Source: an uncultured Candidatus Saccharibacteria bacterium (lineage in GTDB: Bacteria > Patescibacteriota > Minisyncoccia > Phycocordibacterales > Phycocordibacteraceae). Taken from it: a stretch of DNA of 64,000 bases. Shown in pieces: positions 36,469 through 46,787 of the stretch (position 1 is its first letter; the number at the start of each line of letters is the position of its first letter). A model generated the notes under the pieces. The model ran no database searches. It saw only the letters and a program-made list of their open reading frames with translations, and was not told the DNA's origin. The translations under genes and the position numbers were made by a program. The stretch is taken from NCBI GenBank assembly GCA_964652615.1, contig CAZZAT010000001.1:153886-217885 (forward strand), given 5' to 3'.

Positions 36469-37533
36469 CTACAGATACCGCTCAAACGTCTTCTGATCCG
36501 TCGCACGCTCATACGCATCCTCAACCGTCACCTCCCCTCTTCGCACAAGTTCTGCCAATGAGCGGTCCATATCTATCATTCCGTCTTGCGATGAGGTCTG
36601 CACCACCGTCCCTATCTCGTGCGTTCTTCCTTCGCGTATCAGGTTTGCGATAGCGCTGTTGTTAATGAGAAGCTCGTAGGCTGGGATAAGGCCGCCGGCG
36701 ATGCGCGGCACAAGGCGCTGCGAGAAGATGCCTGCCAAAGAGCCTGCAAGCTGCACGCGCACTTGATCCTGCTGGCTTGAAGGGAACATGTCGATGATGC
36801 GGTCGATGGTTTGTGATGCGTTGTTTGTATGCAAGGTTGAGAGCACGAGGTGACCGGTTTCAGCTGCGGTAACTGCAGAAGAGATAGTCTCGTAGTTGCG
36901 CATTTCGCCCACCATGATGACGTTCACGTCCTCACGAAACGCAGCAGTCAAGGCGTTATGGAAGTCCGGCGTATCGATATGCACTTCGCGCTGGTGGATA
37001 AGAGACTTCTTTTGCTCAAAGAGATATTCGACCGGATCTTCAATCGTTACGATATGCTCTGCTCTCGTCTCATTAATGCGATCAAGCATTGCTGCAAGCG
37101 TTGTCGACTTTCCCTGCCCCACCGGACCCACCACAAGGAAGAAACCTTGCTGGCGCTGCGTAAAGACTTCGAGAATTGGAGGGAGATTCAGTGCAGTAAA
37201 CGTACGTATCTCTTTTGGGATAAGGCGAGCAGCAACAGAAATGGTGCCGGTTGTCTGATATCCGTTTATGCGAAAACGTGAACCATCGACGTGCGCATAG
37301 GAGAAGTCCACGGACTGTTCCTTTTCAAAGATTTCCCAACGGCCCTCCGGTAAAAGCACGCGAAGCATTGCTTCGGTATCAGCACTCGTAAGCTTATCTT
37401 GATGCACTAAAGGAACAAGCGCGCCTGATACGCGAATGATAGGGTGCGAACCTGCTGAAAGATGGAGATCGGACCCCCCTTCAGATATGACCGTATCAAG
37501 GAGTTTTAGCGTACGCTCTTTAGCATCGGTCAT
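36469..37533 (-). CDS. pilT: twitching motility / pilus retraction ATPase
   Basis: Walker A GPVGQGKST, Asp and His boxes. 354 aa, PilT-sized. Confidence 0.9.
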   Translation of the reverse strand: MTDAKERTLKLLDTVISEGGSDLHLSAGSHPIIRVSGALVPLVHQDKLTSADTEAMLRVLLPEGRWEIFEKEQSVDFSYAHVDGSRFRINGYQTTGTISVAARLIPKEIRTFTALNLPPILEVFTQRQQGFFLVVGPVGQGKSTTLAAMLDRINETRAEHIVTIEDPVEYLFEQKKSLIHQREVHIDTPDFHNALTAAFREDVNVIMVGEMRNYETISSAVTAAETGHLVLSTLHTNNASQTIDRIIDMFPSSQQDQVRVQLAGSLAGIFSQRLVPRIAGGLIPAYELLINNSAIANLIREGRTHEIGTVVQTSSQDGMIDMDRSLAELVRRGEVTVEDAYERATDQKTFERYL

Positions 37534-37910
37534 ACCTTCTTCTCGATTATCTCAACCGTCTTTGCGAACACTTCTGAAGGAATTGCAGATGCTTTGATGA
37601 TATAGCCTGCTGCAGAAAGCTCTTTTGCTTTTTCAAGATCAGAGTCTTGTCCTTGGTTTGAAAGCACGATGTACTTTGTGTCTGGTCCAAGCTTTTCTTT
37701 TCGTATAGCTTCAAGCATCTCAAATCCCGTCATGCCCGGCATGATGACATCGAGAAGCATAGCGTCTGGGGCAGGATCTTTTTTGAGCGCAGCAAGCGCT
37801 TCCTCTGGTGTTTGAAATGCAGTCACTTCATGCCCTGCGTTCTTAAACTTTATTGCGTACATGTCGAGAAGAAACCGGTCGTCGTCTACAAGATAGATGC
37901 GGTATGCCAT
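37530..37910 (-). CDS. single-domain response regulator receiver (CheY-like)
   Basis: YLVDDD...LLDVIMPGMTGFE...IVLSNQG, conserved Asp residues. 126 aa. Confidence 0.85.
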   Translation of the reverse strand: MAYRIYLVDDDRFLLDMYAIKFKNAGHEVTAFQTPEEALAALKKDPAPDAMLLDVIMPGMTGFEMLEAIRKEKLGPDTKYIVLSNQGQDSDLEKAKELSAAGYIIKASAIPSEVFAKTVEIIEKKV

Positions 37911-37918
37911 ATCCCCTA

Positions 37919-39676
37919 TTATGCCGTCTCTTCCTCCTCTTCGGCAAGCAAGGCTCCGCCCAGAGTGTTGACTTCCTCAAAGGGAATCTCCCCTGCAAGC
38001 GCCTTCACAATGGCGTCCTCGCGCATCGTGCGCATGCCGTTTTTGCGAGCTGCTGCATATACCGCCTCCTCTACAGGGTTGGTGAGTACTACGTGCTCAA
38101 GCTCTTTGTCCATTTTCAATATCTCAAAGACACCCGTTCGCCCCCTCGTGCCGTTTGGACAGTCAGGTGTAGGTTTTGCACGATATAAGGAGTCGAATGC
38201 GGGAAGGTTTTTGCGATGCTCGGGAGGCAAATCAGCAAATTCCTTTTCAAGAAGCACCTTGATGCTTTCTGACACGGGAAACTTCTCGCCTGCGTCAGGA
38301 CAGAGTTTGCGTACAAGGCGCTGGCCAATAGAAGCAATGAGGGTAGGTGCGATGAGATACGGGTCAACGCCCATATCAACAAGACGCGGCACAATACCTG
38401 CTGCGGTGTTCGTGTGAATAGTTGAGAACACAAGATGGCCGGTCAGAGCAGCTTGAATAGCAAGCTGCGCTGTCTCTTTATCGCGGATTTCTCCCACCAT
38501 GATGACGTCAGGGTCCTGGCGGAGTATCGAGCGAAGTCCTGAAGCGAAGGTATACCCGATTTCAGGGTGCACCTGCGACTGCGCTACTTCAGGAATCTGG
38601 TACTCGACCGGATCTTCTACCGACACGACGTTCCTCGTCTCCCTATCAAGCTCGGAGAGCATGGCAAAAAGCGTTGTCGACTTTCCAGAACCGGTAGGGC
38701 CTGACATAAGGATGATGCCGTAGGGAGCACGGATGATTTCGCGTATGGTTTCAAGGTCTTCTTTTGAAAAGCCGATGCTTTCAAGCGTTGCAACTGACTT
38801 TGCACGGTCCAAGATACGCATCACCACCTTTTCACCGTACTCCGTCGGGAAGGTTGAGACGCGGAAGTCGATACGGCGTCCTTCAACATTTGCCGAGAAG
38901 CGTCCGTCCTGCGGCTTTCGTTTCTCATCAAGACGCATCTGACAAAGGATCTTTATGCGCGCAACGACTGCAGAATGCACCTTGGGCGGCAGTTCAAGCG
39001 AGGTATGCAGATCGCCGTCCATACGAAAACGCACCTTCACTTTCTCGGGAGATGGCTCAACGTGAATGTCGGACGCACCTCCTTCTACCGCATAGCGTAG
39101 TATCGTCGCTACAATCTTTGTGACCGGCGCGTCTGCCTTGATGCGCTCTTCGGTCATCGTCTTGCCTTCTATCTCCTCTTCCTTGCGCTTCGTGAGTTCA
39201 TCATCAAGCGATACTTCAAGCTCGGAGAGTGCTTGCCCCACTTCCCCCGTAAGGTTCTCGTACTCTTTAATGACGCGTGCAAAATCCCCCTCCCCGATAA
39301 GGTAGAGCTTATAGGGCATGCCCGAGTCCGCAGTAATAAACTGCAGTGCATCAAGAGCCTGCAAGTTGTCAGGATCCATCACACCCACTTCAAGAGCGCC
39401 ATCAGCAAGCCCTATGGGAACGATGTTGTAGTGGCGCGCAGACTCTTCGGGAAGATACGCCAAGGCTGCATGATTTATGGTTGTGCCTTGCGGTATCACG
39501 CGATACGGAAGGTTATAGTGCTCGGAAGCGGCTTTGAGTGCTTGTTCGCGAGTGATGCCACGCTTCTCAAGGACTGCCTCGAGCGTTGTCTTGTCACTCT
39601 TTATTTCGCTTTCAATGCTCGCGACATCGCCAGCCTTAACGAGTCCTTTCTTGGTAAGTAATGAAAGAAGGTTCAT
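37919..39676 (-). CDS. pilB: type IV pilus assembly ATPase (GspE/PilB family)
   Basis: N-terminal GspII_E domain, Walker A GPTGSGKST, tetracysteine-like motif. 585 aa. Confidence 0.9.
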   Translation of the reverse strand: MNLLSLLTKKGLVKAGDVASIESEIKSDKTTLEAVLEKRGITREQALKAASEHYNLPYRVIPQGTTINHAALAYLPEESARHYNIVPIGLADGALEVGVMDPDNLQALDALQFITADSGMPYKLYLIGEGDFARVIKEYENLTGEVGQALSELEVSLDDELTKRKEEEIEGKTMTEERIKADAPVTKIVATILRYAVEGGASDIHVEPSPEKVKVRFRMDGDLHTSLELPPKVHSAVVARIKILCQMRLDEKRKPQDGRFSANVEGRRIDFRVSTFPTEYGEKVVMRILDRAKSVATLESIGFSKEDLETIREIIRAPYGIILMSGPTGSGKSTTLFAMLSELDRETRNVVSVEDPVEYQIPEVAQSQVHPEIGYTFASGLRSILRQDPDVIMVGEIRDKETAQLAIQAALTGHLVFSTIHTNTAAGIVPRLVDMGVDPYLIAPTLIASIGQRLVRKLCPDAGEKFPVSESIKVLLEKEFADLPPEHRKNLPAFDSLYRAKPTPDCPNGTRGRTGVFEILKMDKELEHVVLTNPVEEAVYAAARKNGMRTMREDAIVKALAGEIPFEEVNTLGGALLAEEEEETA

Positions 39677-39742
39677 GAAATATGCGCGCAGTACCTACGC
39701 ATCATAACGCATTGATGCGCAGTATGCGCGCATCTCTGGTGC

Positions 39743-40036
39743 TTAACGTCCAAGCGGAGCGAACGGATCTATTCTTCCTGACGTTTCCGGGATAATCGCT
39801 ACACGAATATCTTCAAGAGACATGAAGCGCGGATCCTGCAATACGTTCGTAGTAAGTCGAACTGGATCAATTCGTGAAGTGAGAAGGAGGAAGGTTTGTT
39901 CTGCGCTTGTTGCCGGAGGCGCATCTGCAGAAACACCAGCCTCTCCTCCATTAGTACCAAACAGTATGTAGCCCGCAGCCCCAAGCACGAGGAGTCCGAG
40001 AATGATGAGCACGCCGGTGGTTTTTGAAAGAGGCAT
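39743..40036 (-). CDS. small hypothetical signal-anchored protein (possible PilP-like)
   Basis: N-terminal TM helix, 97 aa. Position between pilO-like and pilB. Confidence 0.4.
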   Translation of the reverse strand: MPLSKTTGVLIILGLLVLGAAGYILFGTNGGEAGVSADAPPATSAEQTFLLLTSRIDPVRLTTNVLQDPRFMSLEDIRVAIIPETSGRIDPFAPLGR

Positions 40037-40042
40037 AGGGTA

Positions 40043-40591
40043 TTAGCGAAGCCAGTAAATACGGAACGTCATGGTGTAGGTGTACACACCTGTTTCGGAG
40101 TCCTCGATGCGCAGCTCAACAAGGTCGAGCGGGCGAAGACTCCGTTCGGTAGCCGCAAGAAATGTCTTAAATGATGCGTAATTCCCTATCGCTGTAACGC
40201 CAATATCGAGCGATTCGATAGGCGTATCTGCTTCAAGCGAGAGTGCGCCACTCTCATCTATGCGTTCGGTACTCTCAACATCAAACTGTGAGAGTGTAAC
40301 GCCAGAGCGGTCTGCAAGCGCATCGAGGTCAAGAATAAGCTGCACGTTATCAACGCCGTCAGGAAGAAAAGCTTCGAGGCGCGCAAGATCTTCTGCCGGA
40401 AGCGCATCACGCTCGGCCTGTATCTGCTCTTCTTTCTTTGCATATTCGCCCGCTGCCGCAAGAGCTGCGTCGTATCCGCGTATTTCAGCACGCAACATCT
40501 GCACATTCTCGGAGTACGCAGGGTTGGTGTACGCAAAGAATACGCCAATGGCAACGAGTATCAGTATAACGGGGGTAACGCGAGAAATCAT
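40043..40591 (-). CDS. PilO-like pilus assembly protein
   Basis: Single N-terminal TM, coiled-coil, then an alpha/beta domain. Position and size match PilO. Confidence 0.55.
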   Translation of the reverse strand: MISRVTPVILILVAIGVFFAYTNPAYSENVQMLRAEIRGYDAALAAAGEYAKKEEQIQAERDALPAEDLARLEAFLPDGVDNVQLILDLDALADRSGVTLSQFDVESTERIDESGALSLEADTPIESLDIGVTAIGNYASFKTFLAATERSLRPLDLVELRIEDSETGVYTYTMTFRIYWLR

Positions 40592-41295
40592 AGCGATGGC
40601 GGTGTTAGCTCTTCAGTAGGAAGGACTTCTTCTACCGGAGGCATTGGTGCTTCCTGTGGAAGCAAGAATCCTTCTTCCTCAACAGCAGGCATCGTTACAG
40701 GCATGCTTGCTTGGGGCGCAACAAAAGAAAGGAGTGAGGGGGCGAGGACTGCTGAAAGCGAGAAGGAGACGGTATCTGTGTCTTCATTTACATCGATTTC
40801 TGAAAATATGGCACGCTTCACTTCACGTTCTTCAGCCAGTGCAGAAGATTGTGCTGCAAGGCTGTTAAAGGTGGTTGCGACGCCATCCATTATGATGGAC
40901 GCAGAGCGGTCTTCAGCAAGCGAAAGCGAAAGACTATTAAAACGCACGGTTGCAAGGGTGACGCGCTCGAGAAGTTCGAAGAATCGCGATGAGGCAACAT
41001 GGCCGTCAAGGAGTCCTTGCGCTGCGTTAAAGCGATCTCGCGTGCGGATGAATTCTTCAACTGAAGCCGTATCGATGCTCTGCTCCGCATTCTCAACTGC
41101 CGAACGCTTTGCATCACGTACGCCTTTCAAATATTCGCTGTATCCAAATACTGCAGCTGCAGCAAAAAGAGAGATGAACAGGATACCAATGCTGGAAAGG
41201 AGAATGATGTTGCCGCCAGACTTCGAGAAGCGCCCGGAAGAGCGCACCGGCTGTTTCGGTACAAAGGATGTCGGAATGATTGGGGAAGGAGCCAC
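40588..41295 (-). CDS. PilN-like pilus assembly protein
   Basis: Single TM after a short cytoplasmic N-terminus, then a periplasmic domain. Immediately downstream of pilM. Confidence 0.55.
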   Translation of the reverse strand: MAPSPIIPTSFVPKQPVRSSGRFSKSGGNIILLSSIGILFISLFAAAAVFGYSEYLKGVRDAKRSAVENAEQSIDTASVEEFIRTRDRFNAAQGLLDGHVASSRFFELLERVTLATVRFNSLSLSLAEDRSASIIMDGVATTFNSLAAQSSALAEEREVKRAIFSEIDVNEDTDTVSFSLSAVLAPSLLSFVAPQASMPVTMPAVEEEGFLLPQEAPMPPVEEVLPTEELTPPSL

Positions 41296-41347
41296 GTTTG
41301 TATTATAGACGCTTCTTACCGAGGCCTACATCTGTTATGCACATGCG

Positions 41348-42433
41348 CTAGCCAAGCTCTTCAAGCTTACGCAGTGCAAGCCCTACCGCAACCGCAAATT
41401 CAGGACCTATTTCCTTTAGGACTGGACGCATGAATTCGGGTGCTGAAGTCTTTGAAAACGGATCGGCGATTTCAATATCAATAGCAAAGAAGTCTTTTGC
41501 ATACGCACCGAGTTCTTTCGTAACGCCACCGCCGCCTGTTAAGACAAGGCGAGAGACGGGACGCTGGTGTACCGTCTCATACTTCGTCAACACGCGTCGT
41601 GCTTCATCGAAAATACGTGAGAAGACAAGCTCGATAGTCGCGCGGTCATAGGGCGCTCCCCCATTCCCAAAGCCGTGCTCCTTCTTTACGGTTTCTGCAT
41701 GCGCAACATCGAGATTGTGTGCGCTTGCAATGGTGCGCGTCACATCCTGCCCTCCTTGCCGAATGTTATGCGAGAGCGCTACCACACCGCGCTCAACCAC
41801 ATATGCTTTGGTTGCCGATGCGCCAATATCAAGCACCATGACCGGCTTTACCGGTTCATCCACGACCGAGCGTATAGTGCTGAAAATCTCTATTTCATAG
41901 AAGCTCGCTTCGAGACCCGCTCCCTCAACGGTCTTTTGTAGAAGTGAAAGCTGGTCGTTATGCACGGCAACAATAAGCACCTTCACCTTATCGGAAGTCT
42001 GTCCTTTTTCTGGAAGCGCTTCTGGAATGATGAACCAGTCGAGCTGCACTTCTTGGACAGGGATAGGGATATATTTGCGCGCTTCAAGAGAAATGACGGT
42101 CTTTTGTTCCTCGGGGTCCGCACGGCGCGGAAGTTCGACAAGCGTTAGCAAAGAGCGAGAAAACGGTATTGAGATGCCTGCGTTCTTGGTGGTGACATTC
42201 GCTTCTCGAAGCAAGTCCTTTAGGGTCTCTGCGATCTTTTGCGCGGGAAGGTTCGTGGCCTGCCCCACTTCTGCTCCTGCATAGGGGCCAAGCGCTATCT
42301 CCCCGTAGGTTTCAAGCACAGCGGTGCCGCCTTCACGACGAAGCTGCACTACCTTCAACGACGAAGAACCGATATCGATGCCGATAACGCTTCCTCCTTT
42401 CTTTGCACCGAACAGGTCAGACAAAAAGCTCAT
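41348..42433 (-). CDS. pilM: type IV pilus assembly protein PilM (actin-like ATPase)
   Basis: GIDIGSSSLKVV actin-fold phosphate-1 motif. 361 aa. Confidence 0.85.
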   Translation of the reverse strand: MSFLSDLFGAKKGGSVIGIDIGSSSLKVVQLRREGGTAVLETYGEIALGPYAGAEVGQATNLPAQKIAETLKDLLREANVTTKNAGISIPFSRSLLTLVELPRRADPEEQKTVISLEARKYIPIPVQEVQLDWFIIPEALPEKGQTSDKVKVLIVAVHNDQLSLLQKTVEGAGLEASFYEIEIFSTIRSVVDEPVKPVMVLDIGASATKAYVVERGVVALSHNIRQGGQDVTRTIASAHNLDVAHAETVKKEHGFGNGGAPYDRATIELVFSRIFDEARRVLTKYETVHQRPVSRLVLTGGGGVTKELGAYAKDFFAIDIEIADPFSKTSAPEFMRPVLKEIGPEFAVAVGLALRKLEELG

Positions 42434-42448
42434 TGGTATGATTCTAAC

Positions 42449-43072
42449 ATGCAGTGGTTTGCCCTACTTGAAGCAAGTCTTTTTCCACCTCGGGAAACCG
42501 AACGGCTTGTGCGCGAAACAACAAAAGAAACCGTTCTTTCGCTCCTCTCCCCTACCGCATTCCCGCAGGGTGTTTCGTTGTCTTCATACGAAGATTCGCG
42601 TATTGCAGCACTCATCGTCGAGGCGAAATATCATCGAAATAAGAAAGCGTTCGAGCTGCTTGGTGCCCTCCTTGCAAGCTATCTTGAAGAATACGTACTC
42701 GATGCAGATGCGTATGAGAATCGCCCCTTCATTCTTGTGCCGATTCCGCTTGCAAAGGAGCGTAAGCGTGAGCGCGGGTATAACCAAGTTGAAGAGATAG
42801 TGAAAGCTGCACTCGTGCATCTTACTCTTCCCCCGTCCTCGTTTTCTCCTTTACTGCAAAGAACAAGAAACACTCCAACACAGACAAAACTCACGCGTGC
42901 AAACCGGTTCAGTAATATGGAAGGAGCGTTTATTGCAACCAAAGAACTTACACAAAGCTCGTATATTCTCATCGATGATGTCATGACTACCGGTGCAACA
43001 CTTCAAGACGGAGCTCGCGCGCTTCGTGCGGGTGGTGCGCAAGAGGTGGTATGTATTGCACTCGCGCATTAG
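42449..43072 (+). CDS. comF: ComF-family competence protein (phosphoribosyltransferase domain); start taken at MQWF internal ATG
   Basis: ILVPIPLAKERKRERGYNQ and ILIDDVMTTGATL PRTase motif. Divergent from the pilus cluster. Confidence 0.8.
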   Translation: MQWFALLEASLFPPRETERLVRETTKETVLSLLSPTAFPQGVSLSSYEDSRIAALIVEAKYHRNKKAFELLGALLASYLEEYVLDADAYENRPFILVPIPLAKERKRERGYNQVEEIVKAALVHLTLPPSSFSPLLQRTRNTPTQTKLTRANRFSNMEGAFIATKELTQSSYILIDDVMTTGATLQDGARALRAGGAQEVVCIALAH

Positions 43073-43101
43073 TGCCGAAAGTGATAGTTTGTCCTTTATA
43101 C

Positions 43102-43189
43102 GGAGAGGTGGGTGAGCTGGTCGAAACCACCACACTGCTAACGTGGCAGGGAGTAAAATCCCTCGAGGGTTCGAATCCCTCCCTCTCCG
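43102..43189 (+). tRNA. tRNA-Ser(GCU), long variable arm
   Basis: GGAGAGG acceptor, 3-bp D-stem, anticodon loop CTGCTAA, variable arm CAGGGAGTAAAATCCCTCG, T-arm GAGGG-TTCGAAT-CCCTC, discriminator G. 88 nt. Confidence 0.85.
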
Positions 43190-43252
43190 CAACTTTTCCG
43201 GAATCTATATTTCTGGCATACAATACCTCTCGGGGCTTGCGGAGAAATAGCA

Positions 43253-43528
43253 ATGCCAAAGCATCCCATGTCCGTTCCTGGGTTTACAGGAACAAACGAA
43301 GAGCTCGGCAAGCAGATGGCGAATTTGCACTATGACGCCATCGTTGAAATCCTTTCAGCCTTCTCAAGCGAAACACGAGACGCTGCAATTAAGGATGGCG
43401 ACGCAGGGCGCATGCACCTTGCAACCGCTCTCAAAAGCAGCGTCGTTGCTCTTGAGCGCGCAAAGGACTGCTTTGCGCAAGCAGCCGAAATCTCAAAACC
43501 CTTTATGCAAGAACGGGTCCCGTCGTGA
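43253..43528 (+). CDS. hypothetical small protein
   Basis: 91 aa, no motif recognised. Confidence 0.4.
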   Translation: MPKHPMSVPGFTGTNEELGKQMANLHYDAIVEILSAFSSETRDAAIKDGDAGRMHLATALKSSVVALERAKDCFAQAAEISKPFMQERVPS

Positions 43529-43540
43529 GACGGGACTTTT

Positions 43541-44674
43541 CTATGCCTTTACCGCTTCCGCAACAGCTTCTATTACTCGCGGGTCAAGCACCTCCGGAAT
43601 AATGCGGTCTGCTGTGGGAGTCTCAATAAGAGAAGCGAGCGAGCGAGCTGCGCGAAGCTTTATGTCGTCTGTAATACGGGTAATGCCTCCATCAAGCGCT
43701 CCGCGAAATACTCCAGGAAACACGAGTGCGTTGTTAATTTGATTAGGAAAATCAGAGCGTCCCGTCGCAACCACTGCAGCACCTGCAGCCTTTGCTTCTT
43801 CCGGCATGATTTCCGGTACCGGATTTGAAAGTGCGAACACAATTGCCTTGTCTGCCATCAGCGCAACTGCTTCTTTTGTCAGGAGAGACGGGCCCGAAAC
43901 GCCAATGAACGCATCGGCATCACGAAGCGCATTTTCAAGCGTTCCTGAAATGCTGCGTGGATTCGTGCGTGTTGCAAGCTCAAGTTTCATCCCCGAAAGG
44001 TCAGTACGAGACGATACAACCGCGCCAGCACGATCAAGCACTACAATGTCTCGTACGCCAAAGGACGTAAGGAGAAGCGCAGTAGCGGCTCCTGCGGCTC
44101 CTGCACCAAGAATGGCAACACGTAGTGTCTCTATGTCCTTCCCTACTACCTTCGCTGCGTTTATAAGCCCCGCAAGCACCACAATAGCGGTGCCATGCTG
44201 ATCATCATGCATCACCGGAATATCAAGCGCTTCAACGAGTCTTCGCTCGATATCAAAACACTCTGGAGCTTTTATGTCTTCGAGATTGATGCCGCCAAAT
44301 GACGGCGCTATCGCAAGCACCGTGCGCACAATCTCGTCTGGATCTTGCGTTGAAAGAACGATAGGCCACGCATCGACATTCGCACGCTCTTTGAAAATGA
44401 GCGCCTTCCCTTCCATGACCGGAAGCGCCCCATACGGGCCGATGTTTCCAAGACCAAGAACGGCAGAGCCGTCTGAAATGACTGCAACGCTATTTCCTTT
44501 CACGGAAAGAGCGCGCGCATCTTCCGGGTGCGCTGCCAGATGCGAAGACACCTTCCCTACCTGCGGGGTATAGAAAAGAGCAAGGTCTTCTTTCGAGGCA
44601 AGGGATACTTTGCTTTTTGTTTCAATGCGCGCTCCTACTTCCCGATAGCGCTTCAGTACTTCTTCCGCATCCAT
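43541..44674 (-). CDS. NAD(P)-dependent malic enzyme (small type)
   Basis: Malic enzyme N-terminal and NAD-binding motifs (GLGNIGPYGALPVMEGKALIF, ILGAGAAGAA). Confidence 0.85.
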   Translation of the reverse strand: MDAEEVLKRYREVGARIETKSKVSLASKEDLALFYTPQVGKVSSHLAAHPEDARALSVKGNSVAVISDGSAVLGLGNIGPYGALPVMEGKALIFKERANVDAWPIVLSTQDPDEIVRTVLAIAPSFGGINLEDIKAPECFDIERRLVEALDIPVMHDDQHGTAIVVLAGLINAAKVVGKDIETLRVAILGAGAAGAATALLLTSFGVRDIVVLDRAGAVVSSRTDLSGMKLELATRTNPRSISGTLENALRDADAFIGVSGPSLLTKEAVALMADKAIVFALSNPVPEIMPEEAKAAGAAVVATGRSDFPNQINNALVFPGVFRGALDGGITRITDDIKLRAARSLASLIETPTADRIIPEVLDPRVIEAVAEAVKA

Positions 44675-44729
44675 AAGGGCCCATCATAGCAGAACACCCT
44701 AGGCTTTCGCCGAGGGTGTTCTTTCTTTT

Positions 44730-45548
44730 CTACAGCTCGTCGAGTATCTGCTGTGTAATATCGAAGGTCTCGTAGTGAAGGACATCACCGCCCTTTGTAA
44801 CGTACACATGGTAGGTACCTTTCTCGATAGGTATTTCAAACTCGTAGAACCAACGACCATCGACTACCTTCACCTCTTCGCTTCGTGAGCCGTATATCTT
44901 TGCACCTTTCTTCATATATATCGCGAACTTTGTAAGGCCTTGCGCCTTTCCGCCCATCTTAAGCGCTCTATCTTCGTACTTTATTTCATCCATACCCACT
45001 TCCACCTTTATAGGAGGAAGCGTCTTCGTGGTCGTTGCAGGCGAAGAAGTGGCTGTTGTTGTCATAGGGGTATTTTCAAGCTCGCTTCGCACAGGACGAG
45101 CAGGCGTGCCAGCGCACCCTCGTGCCATAGCATCTCTCGTGCGAGGGCCAACTACACCGTAGCCGGTCGTCTCCGGCGTGCCTTCTGCAACAACGCCGTT
45201 TTGCGCCTGCCACTGCTGCACGCGCGTCTGTGTAGCAGCATCAAACGTGCCGGTAGCGCTCATGCCAAGAAAAGTCTGCAGGCGAGACACTTCTCCATAG
45301 GTACTAGCGTCTGTTGAACCAAGTGCGAGGCGCTGTGACAGTACGACGCATGACGTATCTGCAGACTGCTCTGCCTGCAGCGCAGCGAGTTGCTGTGTAA
45401 GCTGCTGTATTCGCGCCTCAAGCTCTTCTATCGTTGCAGCAGAAGAAGTAGACGGCACGAGCAGCAAGAAGAGTGCAAGTGCAGCTGAAGTAAGGAAGGT
45501 GCGTAGAGGCATAGAGAAAGGTAAAGGGCTACGCACATACGCTAGCAC
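44730..45548 (-). CDS. secreted protein with peptidoglycan-binding domain; paralogous N-terminal motif to 21759..23582
   Basis: Signal peptide, ATIEELEARIQQL, then LALGSTDASTYGEVSRLQTFLG...QQWQAQNGV PG_binding_1-like. Confidence 0.6.
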   Translation of the reverse strand: MLAYVRSPLPFSMPLRTFLTSAALALFLLLVPSTSSAATIEELEARIQQLTQQLAALQAEQSADTSCVVLSQRLALGSTDASTYGEVSRLQTFLGMSATGTFDAATQTRVQQWQAQNGVVAEGTPETTGYGVVGPRTRDAMARGCAGTPARPVRSELENTPMTTTATSSPATTTKTLPPIKVEVGMDEIKYEDRALKMGGKAQGLTKFAIYMKKGAKIYGSRSEEVKVVDGRWFYEFEIPIEKGTYHVYVTKGGDVLHYETFDITQQILDEL

Positions 45549-45583
45549 ACAAAAGAGATGCGATACGTTCCCCTATGTGAATT

Positions 45584-46723
45584 CTAGAAGTCTGCTGCCT
45601 GGAGCGCAGCTTTTGTCATAGGGCCAATTGCGCCCGTAGGCGTCCACCCTTTTGAAGCTTGAAACGCATTCAGAGCACTCGTCGTACATGCATCCATCAC
45701 GCCTGAAAGCGGACATCCAATGATAAGTTCTCCCTGCGGTGGGAAGAAACCAAGCTTTTTGAGCGCTACTTGAAGCGCATACGCCTGTGCACTCGACTTC
45801 CCTTCCTCAAGCGCGCCCTCTACCCATACATACGGAAGAATGCGCGTATTACTTCCTGAAACAGCCGCTCCAAGATACCGGTCTATGCCGCGTACTGTCT
45901 GATGCGCCATATCGGAGAGAACCGCGTCGCGCGCTTCTATGTTCTTAATTTTTGATTCGTAGAGATACGCATACTCAATAAGGACCGAAGGAAGCTCCGC
46001 AGTGTTGTATGCGCCAAGCGCAATGAGGCTCTGATCTTCGACGATGCCGTAGTTTTCAATAGGAAGCGTGGATGTCGCGCTGAACTGATTCAATTCATAG
46101 GCAATAGATTCACCAAGCGAGAGCGATGCCGCAGCATTTTGGTACTGCGCATCAGGTACATATACGGCAAAGCCCTGATGGTTCTGCGCTCCCGTATCGT
46201 TTAAATGCAGGTGCACCATAAGATCGTACCCTTCTTCGTTCGCCCATTTCGTGATGCCATAAAGGCGGAGCGCCACATCAGTTGCAGCGGTATTGTGCGC
46301 AGGTTCAAAGTCGCGTGTCTCTATTTCTCCTTTACGAATAGCCCGCTGCATTATCTTCTTCTTATCCGAGACGAACTTCTCAATATCTTTCCACTCGTCT
46401 TCAAAGTATTCCTGGAGTTCAACGCTCCACGAAAGCTGGTCACGCGCAACCGTCACTTCAAGATATGGATTCTTCCGGAGTTCAATGGCCATTTTATTTG
46501 CAACATCCACCATAAGGTCACGCTCTTTTAGGTCAGGAAGTTCTGCGCCGCCATAGCTTGGTTCGTGTCCTGGCATAAGGAGGATTTTCACTTTCTCGCC
46601 TCCTTGAGTTGCGTGCATATATTTCGCGCGCACATCTTCGGTTGTGACAACCGCAGGAAACGCCGCATACGACGCAAGAGGCATCAGAAGAAACGAAGCA
46701 AGTAGTATAAGAGCTGTTTTCAT
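45584..46723 (-). CDS. N-acetylmuramoyl-L-alanine amidase (Amidase_3) with C-terminal PG-binding domain
   Basis: ILLMPGHE...H...E zinc-ligand arrangement of Amidase_3. C-terminal AYALQVALKKLGFF PG-binding repeat. Confidence 0.85.
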   Translation of the reverse strand: MKTALILLASFLLMPLASYAAFPAVVTTEDVRAKYMHATQGGEKVKILLMPGHEPSYGGAELPDLKERDLMVDVANKMAIELRKNPYLEVTVARDQLSWSVELQEYFEDEWKDIEKFVSDKKKIMQRAIRKGEIETRDFEPAHNTAATDVALRLYGITKWANEEGYDLMVHLHLNDTGAQNHQGFAVYVPDAQYQNAAASLSLGESIAYELNQFSATSTLPIENYGIVEDQSLIALGAYNTAELPSVLIEYAYLYESKIKNIEARDAVLSDMAHQTVRGIDRYLGAAVSGSNTRILPYVWVEGALEEGKSSAQAYALQVALKKLGFFPPQGELIIGCPLSGVMDACTTSALNAFQASKGWTPTGAIGPMTKAALQAADF

Positions 46724-46787
46724 ACCTTCTTTTATACCCTATCAGACACTTAACGCGAATGGATATGACCTAGACTATACTGCCTAG

